Shown: in pieces, positions 22,201-33,400 of the stretch
How positions within the stretch are numbered: position 1 is the first letter of the stretch
Layout of the letters: every line of letters starts with the position of its first letter
Assembly: GCF_038025025.1 (NCBI RefSeq)
Contig: NW_027117338.1
Span: 2,852,001-2,916,000 of the forward strand
Direction: 5' to 3'
DNA: 64,000 bases
DNA from: Phyllosticta citribraziliensis
Lineage: Eukaryota
Program-made: the position numbers and the translations under genes
Notes under the pieces: generated by a model
The model's database searches: none
What the model saw: only the letters and a program-made list of their open reading frames with translations
What the model was told of the DNA's origin: nothing

Positions 22201-24167
22201 CCAGCATCTTGTTCCGACGCGGAGCCGTCATCCTCATCCATAGAGCTCCCTTCCTCGCTGCCCGAGTCCATTTCAGTTCCAGAATCTTCATCGTCTTCGT
22301 CCATCAAAATATCATCCACCTCCTCGAGCTGCACCGTTGCGGGGTCGATGTCTTGCGGCGTGTCTCGACCAGAATCTTGATCGTTGCCATTGGGGAGATG
22401 CTTATCAGGTGCGCCGTCTCCATTGGTCAAAAGACTCGCCAATCCTGGCCCGTCATCCTCGTCTTCTCCCTCGTCCGTCTCTTCATCATCTGGTTCAATT
22501 TCGTCCGGCACTGACTGTAGGTTGGCGTATTTCTGTCGTAATTGTTCTTGCGTCATGTTGGCTTCGTCGTCGTCCGGGGCCGTTCCTTCGTCTTCTTCCC
22601 CAGTGTCCGACATGTTTTCCGAGTCCGACGAATCCTGGTCCGAACGCGACCCATCCATCCCGTCCGCAAGACTTGACGCTGGCCGAGTGCTGTCTAGGCG
22701 GCTTTCAGTCTCGCCTTCATCATCTTCGTCCACGAACGATTCAAAGTCTTCGTCGTCGCTGGTTTGCGCAGAGCCGGCCCTGTTTCGTCTCTCCTTGAGC
22801 AATGCGGTGGATTGATTGAGTAGCGATTTCATAGTCTGCTTGCCCAAAGCTTCTTGTTCCTCCAACCATTTTTCGTGTCGTCGCCTGTCCACCTCGACCT
22901 TGATGTTTTGCCACTGCTGGTTGAGATCCCGCACCAACTGCTTGTACCGCCGTTCCGCATAGTTCTTCTCCAGCGCCTCAATCTCCTCCTTCGTTTTCGG
23001 CCTCTCGGCCTCCTCTTTCGCCCACTTGGCTTCTTGTCGCGCTTGCCACACCTCCTTGCAATCGTAGGCCAGCTTCCGGGCTTGCGCAACGTGTAGGGCG
23101 TGCTCCTTGACCAGAAGTTTCTGAAAGTGACATGCATGTGTCGCGATGTGATTCCAAGGGCCATAGCTGGGTGGAGGTTCTTCCTCGGCATCCGCCGCCA
23201 AGACAGAACATCTCTGCTCATTCAAGACTCCGCCAGGTGCCGATGCCTCTATTATCCTCAACCGCAAACGTGCCTCCTCTTCGATTTGATCATTGGACAG
23301 CCTTGTAAAGTCTTCTCCGGCGAGGGGATCGTCGCTTTGGACCCATCCGGCAAAGGAAGAGTGTTTCGGTTGAGGCAGCGCGTGGTGAGGATGGAGATAC
23401 GGCAACTGTATTGGCCCCAACTTCAGCCTTAATCGCGGCGTTCGCGGTGATGTCATTGGCACGGCGTCCGGACTCCCGTCCGTCTGAGCAAACCCGTTGG
23501 TGTCGGTGGTCCAAGGAGCACGCGATCCCGCTGCGGCTTCGCTGATGCGGCCAGATTTCCTAGTTCCAGCAGCAGCCGGCGTCGAATTCGCAGCGACCCG
23601 CGACTTCTTGTTGCCAGTTTGTGATTGCGGTGGCGGAGATGCCTGGGAGTTTTTCGCTCGGCGAGGGCTGGTACGAGCGGGCGAGGGTGCAGGCGCGCTG
23701 GCTTTCGCCTTGGTGGCGGATTGGGGTCGAGCATGTTTCGCAGAAGGTGCGGAGGACGGGGTGGATCGATGACCGTTTTGGAGAGCTTTTGATTTAGCAG
23801 GTGTCGAGTTAGGTGTCGACTTTTGCAAGACGGCCTTTCGACTGCTCCGCCGCGTGTCTGTTTCTGGAGGCGCATTCATCCGGCCTGACCTCCGGCGACC
23901 GTCGACGACGAAGCTTGTAGGACCCTCGGCCTCGATCCTCTTCCAGGGCGGCGAAGGTGGGCGCGATAGCCTGGCCGGGTCATCGAGTTTGCGTCTCTTG
24001 GACGGGCGGCCCGAGGGCGCGCTGCCCGTGTCACTGCTGAAGTTGTCATCGGCGGCTCCATTCCTGACGGTAGAGCAGGCAAGAGTCGGTTGGGGCGTGG
24101 TGTCGAGCGAGTCGGACGCGTCGTGGGCCGTGTCATTTCGCTCGTCGAGAGCAGGCGTGTTTTGCAT
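19218..24167 (-). CDS. SWR1: SWR1 Snf2-family ATPase (H2A.Z deposition)
   Basis: Intronless ORF; first in-frame ATG at 24167. HSA-like helical region, acidic tract, GILADEMGLGKTIQ, LDEAHNIKNF, split ATPase with insertion, FDCGKLQ, QCQDRCHRIGQTRDV. Confidence 0.95.
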   Translation of the reverse strand: MQNTPALDERNDTAHDASDSLDTTPQPTLACSTVRNGAADDNFSSDTGSAPSGRPSKRRKLDDPARLSRPPSPPWKRIEAEGPTSFVVDGRRRSGRMNAPPETDTRRSSRKAVLQKSTPNSTPAKSKALQNGHRSTPSSAPSAKHARPQSATKAKASAPAPSPARTSPRRAKNSQASPPPQSQTGNKKSRVAANSTPAAAGTRKSGRISEAAAGSRAPWTTDTNGFAQTDGSPDAVPMTSPRTPRLRLKLGPIQLPYLHPHHALPQPKHSSFAGWVQSDDPLAGEDFTRLSNDQIEEEARLRLRIIEASAPGGVLNEQRCSVLAADAEEEPPPSYGPWNHIATHACHFQKLLVKEHALHVAQARKLAYDCKEVWQARQEAKWAKEEAERPKTKEEIEALEKNYAERRYKQLVRDLNQQWQNIKVEVDRRRHEKWLEEQEALGKQTMKSLLNQSTALLKERRNRAGSAQTSDDEDFESFVDEDDEGETESRLDSTRPASSLADGMDGSRSDQDSSDSENMSDTGEEDEGTAPDDDEANMTQEQLRQKYANLQSVPDEIEPDDEETDEGEDEDDGPGLASLLTNGDGAPDKHLPNGNDQDSGRDTPQDIDPATVQLEEVDDILMDEDDEDSGTEMDSGSEEGSSMDEDDGSASEQDAGLGMMGFLSAQEIAELKKKAAESIEDPGQDVDAAAEISPDADTTEDPGELHTNGDISKPKANGHVEELAAVDAVDSSDSAQADAQNSPKTTTNGFVEPTKDIEKAENGAPVHEDESIEEIVPSTKTPVPSLFRGQLRPYQHEGLDWLAGLYEGDTNGILADEMGLGKTIQTIALLAHLAVEREIWGPHLVVVPTSVMLNWEMEFKKFCPGFKVLAYYGSIEERKRKRQGWMNDDMWNVVITSYQLILHDAAAFKKRSWHYLILDEAHNIKNFQTQRWQTLLNFKTHKRLLLTGTPLQNNLQELWSLLFFLMPSGDDGQGGFAALSNFTTAMARPANQILDQGRQELDAEAQATVKQLHEVLRPYLLRRLKVDVEKQMPGKYEHVVYCRLSKRQRQLYDGFMGRADTREILSGGNYMSIMNCLMSLRKVCNHPDLFETRQIVTSFAMERSVVADFEVKDLLVRKRLLEEKEADKLDLDFLNLIIPKKERTSSVVTKRIQTIQATRPLEGLIERQTRRLKRTDRIEGQSLDSIHNHLEQASHRSTLEHFQNCLHFTQRRAQRTPVYGTGLIDRLMVQDFPQQLIAARAPRKKQSHLEWYMNTPVAWQHMVQTLEERSEAMKTAVQKFSCVTPAAVANDMPLLTLGEEGVGMVRASQDVKRPDPFHESRVRLSIAFPDKRLLQFDCGKLQRLDKLLRELQAGGHRALIFTQMTKVLDVLEQFLNIHGHRYLRLDGATKIEQRQILTDRFNNDPRILCFILSSRSGGLGINLTGADTVIFYDLDWNPAMDKQCQDRCHRIGQTRDVHIYRFVSEYTIEANILRKSNQKRLLDDVIIQKGDFTTDYFNRLTYKDALEEIPEAEDADASAAMDRVLGNMGGPDASGMGPVLEGIEDQEDAEAAKLAQKEIVHEVHIDDEDFNEAGSRPSATPKASVPPTPGAEPNDDDDDNDDNDDERPHVDEYMVRFGEWEMKDVPLGPPPDRKRRNRKGQEHRVRRRR

Positions 24168-24611
24168 GTCCACGTCTGGAGGACCAACAGGCGTCACTGC
24201 GGTCCTCCTCTGCACATGTGGGCCGGCGCCGGGGACAAGAAGAGCTAGCTAGAGCGATCGCGGGGACGGATAGACATGTATTCTAAGGGCGGGGGTTGGT
24301 GGCGACGAGTCGGAGGATAATGGTGAAGAAAAGCGATAAATTGTGGCTGCTGGGGGACGACTAGGAACAGAAGCGGGTGAGAAGAAGAGATGTGCGTGCG
24401 TGCGTGGGCGAAAGGCAGCCCACAATCGCCCGGGGACCCGCCGCCAAGCCGCGCAAGGACCGGCCGTCTACCCCGACAGCTCCTCGGTGACCTCAGGTTA
24501 CCACCACCATCGCCGCCGCTGGTGCTCGTCTGCCCGTCGAGCCCATTGCCCATCTGCTCGCATCGTCGGTGCCACTGCCCATCCTCCAACCTCACGCGCT
24601 GACGCGTCCAG

Positions 24612-25284
24612 ATGCTCTTTCGACGAATTGCTGCCCCGGCGGCCGCTGCTCGGCCACTGACCCGGGCCCTGCGTCCTGCCCTCACCAACACCTCGCGCCT
24701 CCAGGTCCGATATGCCTCGCAAGCCCCACCGGAGCCCGAGTTCGTGCTCGACCCAAACATCGATCCTGATCTGCAGGACCCGTTCATGGTCAGTCTTTGC
24801 GACAACCGCTCCCCAGCGGCAGCGCCGCCGTGCTCCTGAACATGCCGCGCCGCATGGACCAAGTCGGCTAACAGCTATATTCCGGCAAGTAGAATGGCGG
24901 ATACATCAACCCTCCGCCTGTGAAGCGCCAACACCGCGACCCTTACGGAGACTGGTGGGACAAGCAGGAGCGCCGCAACTTTGGCGAGCCCATGCACGAG
25001 GACAATGACATTTACGGCATGTTCAGCACCTGGGACTACACCCACTTCTCGGCGGGCTGGGGCTGGGTCTTGTTTGGCACTTTCGTCGCCACCTTTACCG
25101 GCTTCTGCTACACTGTCAAGCAGTTGTACCCGGACAAGCCCAGTGCGCCTCGGACCTTTGTTGATGGCTTGGAGAAGGAACTGGGTGGACCTGGAGCTCT
25201 GCCGGTGAGTTTGACCTGAGGCGACGAGCAAGAAAATGGCTAACAATCTTGCAGGCTAGGAAGGAAGGTGAAGACAAGTGGTAG
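24612..25284 (+). CDS. NDUFB8: NADH:ubiquinone oxidoreductase subunit NDUFB8 (ASHI)
   Basis: Exons 24612-24788, 24893-25204, 25255-25284. Arg-rich presequence, DPFMNGGY, RDPYGDWWDKQERRNFGEPMHED, one TM helix, YPDKPSAPR, GLEKELGG. Confidence 0.88.
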
Positions 25285-25729
25285 ATTCAAGAGTTTAGAT
25301 TTTCGGGGTCGTCTCACTTTTTTTAAACTGAAAGACTACGCCTGGAGCTCTCTGTTCGCGACGTGTACAATGTCAATTTTAGCGGACAAGAATCGAAGCC
25401 TGCCTTTTTGACATGGCTCACAACTGCCACTCCCTCAGGATGTTCAACAAACGGTGTTCATCTCAAAGTTGGAGCTGAGCAAGACAAGGCATCTTTCACA
25501 CAGGAGACAACTGAAATTTCTCAATTCTTGGTGAAACAACCCGTGCCATTCACCCAATGGAATAGCTACGTACCATCACAAGCGGCAGATGATGTCCCAA
25601 GCAAAGACAGAGGCCCAACCCTTAGCTCGTAGATTTCCCCCAAAATGAGATCCCAAATACATACAAGACATGGAAAGAACGGCCCGAGAAGACGGCAGTC
25701 GGACGAGGTGGCGGACAGCAACAGATAGC

Positions 25730-26732
25730 TTACAGCTTGGCCGTGGCGGTCTGCGAGGCCTTCTTGAGAATGGGCTCGGCCTTGGTGGCCTTCATGACGT
25801 CACCCTTGACCTTCAGCTTGCCCGACATGAAGAGCTTCTGCGCGTTTGCCTTGCCGGAGATGAGCTTGGAGAAGTCGTCGTCGGACATGAGGAGCGTGAC
25901 TGTGGCGAGGGAGCATGTCAGCGAATCACTTTTGAAATGACGACAAAAGCGCGTGTCTCGCCCGCTTTGCTCGACGTTGGCGCTGGTCAAGAGAGGCAAG
26001 GTGGTGAGGAGGTGATGGGTAGCTCGCCCCGTCATGTTGGCAAGCGTGCCATGCAAGAGTGGATGCGTCCCAGTTTCCCCAGACCCAGCTTCCCCAGACC
26101 CAGCCAGATCCGTTGCAGCGCAGCGCAGCGCCGCGGATTCGCCGATGACCGAAGCCGGAAGCAACCGAACATGTCGCGCTCGAGCCCCAGACCTCAGCAG
26201 ACCCAGACCGGCAGCAGAGCGCTCTCAGGCACCAGAGGAGGCGGCCTGTGAAGACGACCACGCGCTCGAGCTGAGCATGACAGCAGACGCCTGGTATCTC
26301 CCACTCCACGCGGCCAGACTGTGACAGCAACCAACCACCGACGAGCAAACCGAGCCAGCATCGAAGCAGGAGACTCACCGTCAGCCTTTCCACCCTCGGG
26401 CGCCGCACCCTTGCCCACCGCGCCCGTCTTCTTCAGATCAATATACCAGCTGTCGCTCTCGCCGGCCTTGTTCTTGATGGTGAAGGCGAAGATGGCGCCG
26501 CCCTTCTTGATGGCGTCCTTCTTGTCGGCGTCGTTGGACAGGGCCGAGGCGATGGCGTCAAAGGCCGCCGACGAGGGGATCTTGTCTACATGGCCGCCCT
26601 GTCAGTACAAACGCTGGATGCAAGAATGAAGGGATCGTCTGTCGGTCTTCGTGCCGAGGAGCTGTCGAGGAATGCAGGGTGTTGTGGGGGAAGCGCAGGG
26701 GAGCTGAGATGCGTACCGCTCTTGAGAGACAT
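25730..26732 (-). CDS. Peroxisomal sterol carrier protein 2 (SCP2)-domain lipid-binding protein
   Basis: Exons 26732-26717, 26585-26379, 25899-25730 give MSLKSDKIPSSAAFDAI...WYIDLK...ADVTLLMSDDDF...NAQKLFMSGKLKVKGDVMKA, ending in the PTS1 tripeptide AKL. Confidence 0.92.
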
Positions 26733-27469
26733 GGTGGTGGAAAACTCGGGTTGCGTGGGGAAGTCGGTGGAGGAGTGGATCGAGGGCGCGGAGAAGCGGG
26801 TGAGGATTCGGGGAAACAGGTAGAGTCGTATGGCGGTTTTATCAGGGCTTACGGGATGGTCAGGCAGTCGGGAGTTCGGTGTCCACGATGACGACCTCGA
26901 CAGCTCTAGCTCTGCCTCTGGCATGTGAAAGGGCCGAGGCAACGTGCCGGTGCTCGATGCGGAAGCTTGGGGCACGTGCGCTCCGTCGGTGTGCTTCTGG
27001 GCTTCTTCGGCCTGCCTCTCTCACAAGTCACAACGGCTTTGACTGCTGCTGTTTGTACGGCCGTAAAACGTGGATGGATGACACTATGAACGAGAGTCTT
27101 CCTCGCGTAAGTACCATATTCCCTGAGGATGGATGTCCATCGAAAGAAAAGAAAAAAGCCAAAGGCAGTCGTTGGGCGCGTGTGTCGTCCGGCATTCGTC
27201 AGTCGTAAGTTCAACCCAGTCCGTTGTTAGCTCCCCTGACCATGGACCCCCAACTTCCTCTCTTCATAACGCCGCTCGAGACCAGACCAGACCAGACCAG
27301 ACCGTACCGACCGTCACGTTTTCCGCCGCCTCTACCCGTTCCAGCAAAAACACCGCGTCGCCATGTGCTCCGATTCCTCCCAAGACTCCAACCGACGCCC
27401 GCATCCTGCCGTCGTGACCACCAAGGTATCCAAACAGCAGCAACGGTACATGTAAACAAGCGCCTAGCC

Positions 27470-29081
27470 TTAGCGCCAGGGGAAAGCGGCTCCCCGCAAA
27501 AACTTGCGCATGTGCTCTTCGCAGCCTTTAATCTGCTCCTTGGCCCTGGCCGCCGTCTTGCACGTACCCAGCCAGCGCTCAATCTTGGTGAGCCTCACTC
27601 CTTTGCCAGCGGCGGCCAGCTGCTCCGGCCTCAGGCCCACTGGACTCAGCACGATTGGCACGTCCATGAATTCGTGCTGCTCTCCGCCGCCGCCGCGGCG
27701 TTGCTTCCATGCCTCGTTGCCCGCCATCTTGGTCAGTGGCGCCAGCGCGTCGTCCCACGTCCCGCTGCGCAGCGTGATAGCCTCGAAGTTGAAGTCGACC
27801 AGCGTGCGGCGGTGCCGGTCGATGAAGGCGCTGATTTGAGACGCGTCCATGACGGCGTTTTCAAGCTCCATGTCACGCAGTTTGGCGAAGCGTAGCGTAC
27901 GTGGGCCAGTCCTATCCTTGCTACTTTTGCCATGGCTGCCATGATGGCCGGCTCCGCCATGTTGTGGACGCTTGGAGGACTCGCGACCGAGAGAGAGCGG
28001 AGAAGGTCCCTTCTCGCCAAGCCAGCGGAAGTGGAATCTCGTGACGCCATGCGCAAACTGGCGGAGATACGAGTTGAGAATGCGCATATGCTCGGCGTGC
28101 GAGAGCCCAGGAGAAGGCTCCATGTTCATGGTCAAATTGCGAATCTGTCCCCAGCGCTTGGTCGATGCCGGTGTTGATCCTGGTCCCATGTTTGGCCGGA
28201 GATAGAGCAGTCCAGCCGGATGCATTGCCGTCAGAGTAAGTGTGTCGAGGTCCTGCAAGGGCGCCCTCTCAACGGCCATTCTCAAAGATATCAAGGCGTA
28301 ATCCACTGCAGTGCGGCCACTACATGGCGCAGCGTCTTGATTGGGGCAGTCGATGCTCAAGTGGGAAAGGAATGGCATGGCAGTAAGAGCACGGATAAAA
28401 GCAGGCACGTTTGTTGCCGCATGGAAGAGCGGTGGGTATTGCTTGACAAGGAGGTCCGTCAATTCCCACGTGCCGTACTTTGGCTGTTTTGCTCGGCCAG
28501 AGGTCGCCGAAGAGTTTGGAACTTGCGGCTCGTAGTCAAGAGATATCTGCTCTCCGGTAGCGGGGTCGATCACAGGAGGCAAAAAGGTTGCCGGCGTGCG
28601 GAGCATTCGAAAGTTGAAAGTGCGGACATGGTGGCCAATGCGCTCCAATGCTTCCATCCTAGTGGTTTTGGAAAAGCTGCTCGGCTTGAAAGCGACAGAA
28701 AGCTCCTCGAAAAGAAAGGGCGCGACTCGGGTGCTGCAGTCGTGACAGACGAGACGGAGAGCCGAGAGCTCAGGGCGATTTACGTGGGAAAGAAAACGGT
28801 CACGGCATTCGTCCGACAACCAGAACCGAAGGAATGCCGGGCTGTTGGACATGACGAGGCTGCACAAAGACGTATTCGAATGCAGCGCTTAGGAAATCAG
28901 CAATTGGAGCAGGAGGGAGACCAGGAGACTCACATCGACTTCCAGCCGAAGACGGGGTCGGAATCTCTCCAAAGAGAAGTTTCTTGGAAGACTGGCTACC
29001 GTTGGTGTTGGCGCTGCCATTGCTCCTGTAAGTGTCGGTAGAAACCTTGCGGGCCAACGACTGCGGAGTGGAGTGATTCAT
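27470..29081 (-). CDS. Hypothetical fungal protein with F-box-like motif and LRR-like repeats
   Basis: Exon 29081-28934 is joined via intron 28933-28888 to the long ORF. LSHVNRPELSALRLVCH resembles an F-box. LxxLxL segments follow (LSHLSIDC, LDTLTLT, LRDMELEN). Confidence 0.7.
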
Positions 29082-30419
29082 GGGCGAGAAATAAAGTTTG
29101 TAAGTATTGACAAGAGGAATGAAGGACTGCTACCCGTAGCAGTGGTGTTGAAGAGAAGAGAGGCCTGAGGAGCGCAAGGCAGGACCCGGCAAACCATTTT
29201 TGGGCATTTTCTCGGCAGCTCGACGCAGGTATGAGTCAACGGAATGGCAGGCGGAAGTCGGAAGAGGGGAAGAAGAGGCACGAAGTCGCGAAAGTTGCGC
29301 GGTCGTGGAGGAGAAATAAATACGTGATGGACGCGATGACTGGACGTGGTGGGGAGTGGGGTGCATGGACGGCGGCTAACGGAGGCAGAGAGAGGGCCAA
29401 TGGCTGCCGGGACGCTGCATTGTTTCGAGACACTCCCCCGTTACATGTAGGTTGGTGGAATCAAAGGCCATTCAGTCGAGCGGGGTCTCTCGATGAATGC
29501 TTCGGTAGAATGTTTTCTCGATGGCGCCTGGGGTGGCATTCTCCACCGCACTTCCACCCACCGCAGCACGAGGCTAGGCTGCTTTAACCGTAAGGAAACC
29601 TGGGCTGCAAACGGAGCCGGACCGCACGCGTGGCCGAAACAACGACAATCCGGATGCAACCTGGAATTGAAGCAGGTCAGGGAGCTGCACGGCATGCCCA
29701 CCGGCCGCATACATACATATCAATGCACGGCAGTCGCCTTGTCGGGGCACGAGCATGAGGCGAGGCCCAGAGGCCAGAGGGAACATCTCACCTCACCTCG
29801 CAGTCGAGTCCCTCCCTCCCCCTCCTGTGGCTGATGGTGGCTCTCCCTCGGGCCTGTACCTAGTGACAGGAACCTAACTCCAGCTATCCTCATGGGTGAT
29901 GAAGCCAGCCAGACGGTGAGAGCAGACGAGAGCACGCATTCCGGCCTTGCCTGGCTTTCTGTGTCTCCGCATCCTCACTTGTCTCACTCACCGACCACCC
30001 TCCTCCCTCGACGTCCACATCCCCTCGCCCTCGCCCTCGCCCTCGTCCTCCTGCCGCCCTGGGCTGTCCCCTCCGCCTCGCCCTCTCCAGCGCTGGACGT
30101 CGCTTCGCTTCTGCCACAGTCCACTCCTTCGCCCTATCCGCTCGCTCCAGCTCCAGCTTCCGCCCATTTCCCCTTCCCCTTGCCCTTCCTCGTTCTCTCT
30201 CCACTCGCTCCACTCCACTCCGCGTGCGGCCTTGTTTTCAAGACACTGTCACCCAAGACGTCGTGCTCGCTTCAGCTCCCCGAATCAGCCAAGACATGGC
30301 TCTTCTACAACCTCCTCGCTACCCTCTTTAGCTACTCTCCCCTGCACGGCGTCATTAGCTGACCTCTCCCGTTCTCGCCGCGCCAAAAAGTCCCCTGATC
30401 CCCCGGGACTTTTTCGCAA

Positions 30420-33400
30420 ATGTTCAAGATGCGCATTCCCATCCGGGAGCAGCTCGGCTTGCTGGTACTGCTGACGTCGCTGCTCGCCCTCGCCGTCATA
30501 TCAATCGCAACATGGGTATGTGTTTTTGCTCCTGCTCCTCCGGCCTCTGTACGAATCTCACGCCTTTCCAACTAGGTGACGAACCACAACTTTGTTCTCG
30601 GAATTAGGTCAGTCAGGCAGACGCGCCTCAACACAACCCCAAGCCTCGTCACTAAATCCGCGCAGGGCTTCCAGATTGACCCTGACGGCTTCGCTCAAAG
30701 CAGCGCAACTAGCTTCGAACTTTTTGCTCATGCAATCGCTTGCTGGGGGCGTCGCGAGCCGGATCGTCATACAAGATTCATTGAAAAGATACAACGAAGG
30801 CGATGGTTCCTACAGAGCGAACTTCGACTGGAACAACGCCGAAACTGATCTGTCGGCCGTTTTCGATGGCGGGACAAACCTCTTGTTGCAAGCCCAACTG
30901 TGGCCAAAGACCTACGATGGACCCGCTTCAAACACCTCCGTCATCAAGGCAACTGCAACGTCGGCTCTAGGAAAACTACCGCTCCCAGCTCAACATGCCA
31001 ACGGAACCGAAGTCCACTTGGGCGACCCTGACCGAGGCTATCCTTCAAGGCTGTATCCAAATCTGACTTTCTCCACCCAAGGCATGCAAGATGGTTCCGA
31101 ATTGACCATTGCGCATTTTGGCAATCAAAATCTCAACAATACGGGTAGTCTCCTTCTCGGTCCATGGGAGCTCAATTCTTCGTTTGCCTTGCTCTCCTTG
31201 ACAACCCCCGTTATCAACAACACATCAGCCGATGATGTGCTGGGCTGGATCACTGTCGTTCTGGATGCAAGATTAATATACCAGGTCATAAACAGCACCG
31301 CTGGCATGGGGCTGTCGAGCTCCACCGTAATCGTTGGACCAACGGAAGTGACTAATCATTTTCCGCCCGGTGTACTCTACGACGACGACAGAGGAACTGC
31401 TCCCGAGTCCGAGCTTGTCAGATTCGTCATCCAGCCTTATGGTAAAAGTAAGATGCGCTCAGAGAAGACAAGTACCTCTACATCGAACTAATCTCTTTTT
31501 TCCAGACTCATATAAACGACATAGCTCCCACATCTTCGGCGAGGACAATTCGACCATGCCGTTTGACTACAGCAAATATCCAGCCGTGAAGAAGGTCCTT
31601 ACAGTCCAAAATGGAGATGAGAATAACTCCGGGAGCATGGTTTCGACGAAAAACGAAGAAGGCGACGTCCTGGCGGTTGGATATGCCATGCCGGATACTG
31701 TTCTGTGCGATTGGGTGGTTCTGGTCGAGGTGTCTCACGCCGAAGTGTGGCAGCCGATTTACAAACTGCGCAAAATCCTCCTCGCCTGTGTCTTTGGGAC
31801 GACCGGAGCCATGGCTCTCTTGATTTATCCCATCGCCCACTATTTCAGTCGGCCTATACGCCGGCTCCGAGATGCAACGCGTCTCTCTACGAATGCCTAC
31901 ATCGTCGACGACAAGAACCTGGACCCTGGCAAATTCGACGGACCAGATGAAGCCTCTGCAGCAGCTGCGCGTAAGAGGAAGTTTTTTGCAAAACTCAAAT
32001 TCTGGGGTCGCAAGAAATCCAAGCCAGCACAAGACTACGAGGACTCCGACAAGCGTCGCCTATTCAGAATCCCTGGGAAAGTCAAAGAAGGCAAGCACTT
32101 CATTTACGACGAGCTGACAGAACTTACGACCGTCTTCAACGAGATGACGGACGAATTGAAGATACAGTATGAGAAGCTGGAGGAAAGGGTGAAGCAGCGC
32201 ACCATGGAGCTAGAGGAGGCCATGAAAGCAGCAGAGGCCGCCAATGAGAGCAAGACGCTCTTTATTGCCAATCTTTCGCACGAGCTGAAGACTCCGCTGA
32301 ATGGCATTTTGGGAATGACGGCAGTCTGCATGTCAGAGGACGACCCACAGAAGATCAAAAAGTCCCTGGGCATCATATATCGAAGCGGAGACCTCCTGTT
32401 GAATCTCTTGACGGACCTTCTGACTTTCAGGTAAGCATAATCGCTCCCAGGACCTTGTGTCGCATTGGCTGAGACTATTCCCGTCTTTTTCAGGTGCATC
32501 AAAAGTTAGACTTGCACGCTAACTGGAAAACAGCAAGAACCAAATCGGCCACCAACAACTCAGCCTCGACGAAAAGGAGTTTCGCCTTCGCGATGTGAGC
32601 ACGCAGCTCTTGGCAATTTTCGACAAGCAAGCGCGGGAGAACAATATCAGCCTTTCTGTCAAGTTTGAAGGCCCAAATGATCTAGAAGATCTCACCCCGG
32701 AAGAAAGAGGTCCATCACCATTGGGGATCCGTAATGTGGGTCACATGGTTCTTTGGGGAGATCAACACAGAATCGTTCAGGTTCTCATCAACTTGATCTC
32801 GAACAGCCTCAAATTTACTCCAGCCGGTGGAACGGTGGTCTGCACGATGCGCTGCAATGGCGTCACAACGCCTACCACGAGAAGTCGAACGAGTCGGAGC
32901 TCGCTCAGTTCTCAACTGCCCAGGCGGGGATCCAATCGCAGCCCAAGGGCCCGTGGCAGAGGATCCGTCGGCTCTACGTCATCGGGAGCAACGACGAGGA
33001 ACATGTCTACGGCAAACCAAATCAACCCTCAGAAGCCAGGGCCGTATGCTCACATCATGGAGACACAGGCAGCCCCATCACCCCCACCAGGACCAACCCT
33101 CATGTTCGAGTTTGACGTAAAAGACACGGGCCCCGGCATTGCAGAGAGCATGCAGCAAAGGATATTCGAGCCATTCATGCAAGGTGACCTTGGACTGAGC
33201 AAGAAGTTCGGAGGCACAGGGCTTGGCTTAGCAATCTGCTCGCAGCTGGCTTCGTTGATGAAAGGCTCCATCAAGCTTAACAGTGTTGTCGGACAGGGCA
33301 GTACGTTTACCATGGAAATTCCACTGAGGCATGTGGGAACCTCAGCAGGCAGCTCAGAAGCATCAAGCTCTCATCTCCCAGATGCAGCGAGTGTCACCTA

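Noticed and set aside
26200..26300. TPP riboswitch-like words (GGTGCCTGAGA, ATACCAG) in the SCP2 intron
   Set aside because: Elements are in the wrong order, the TGATC...ATAAT...AGCG core is missing, and the gene is unrelated to thiamine.
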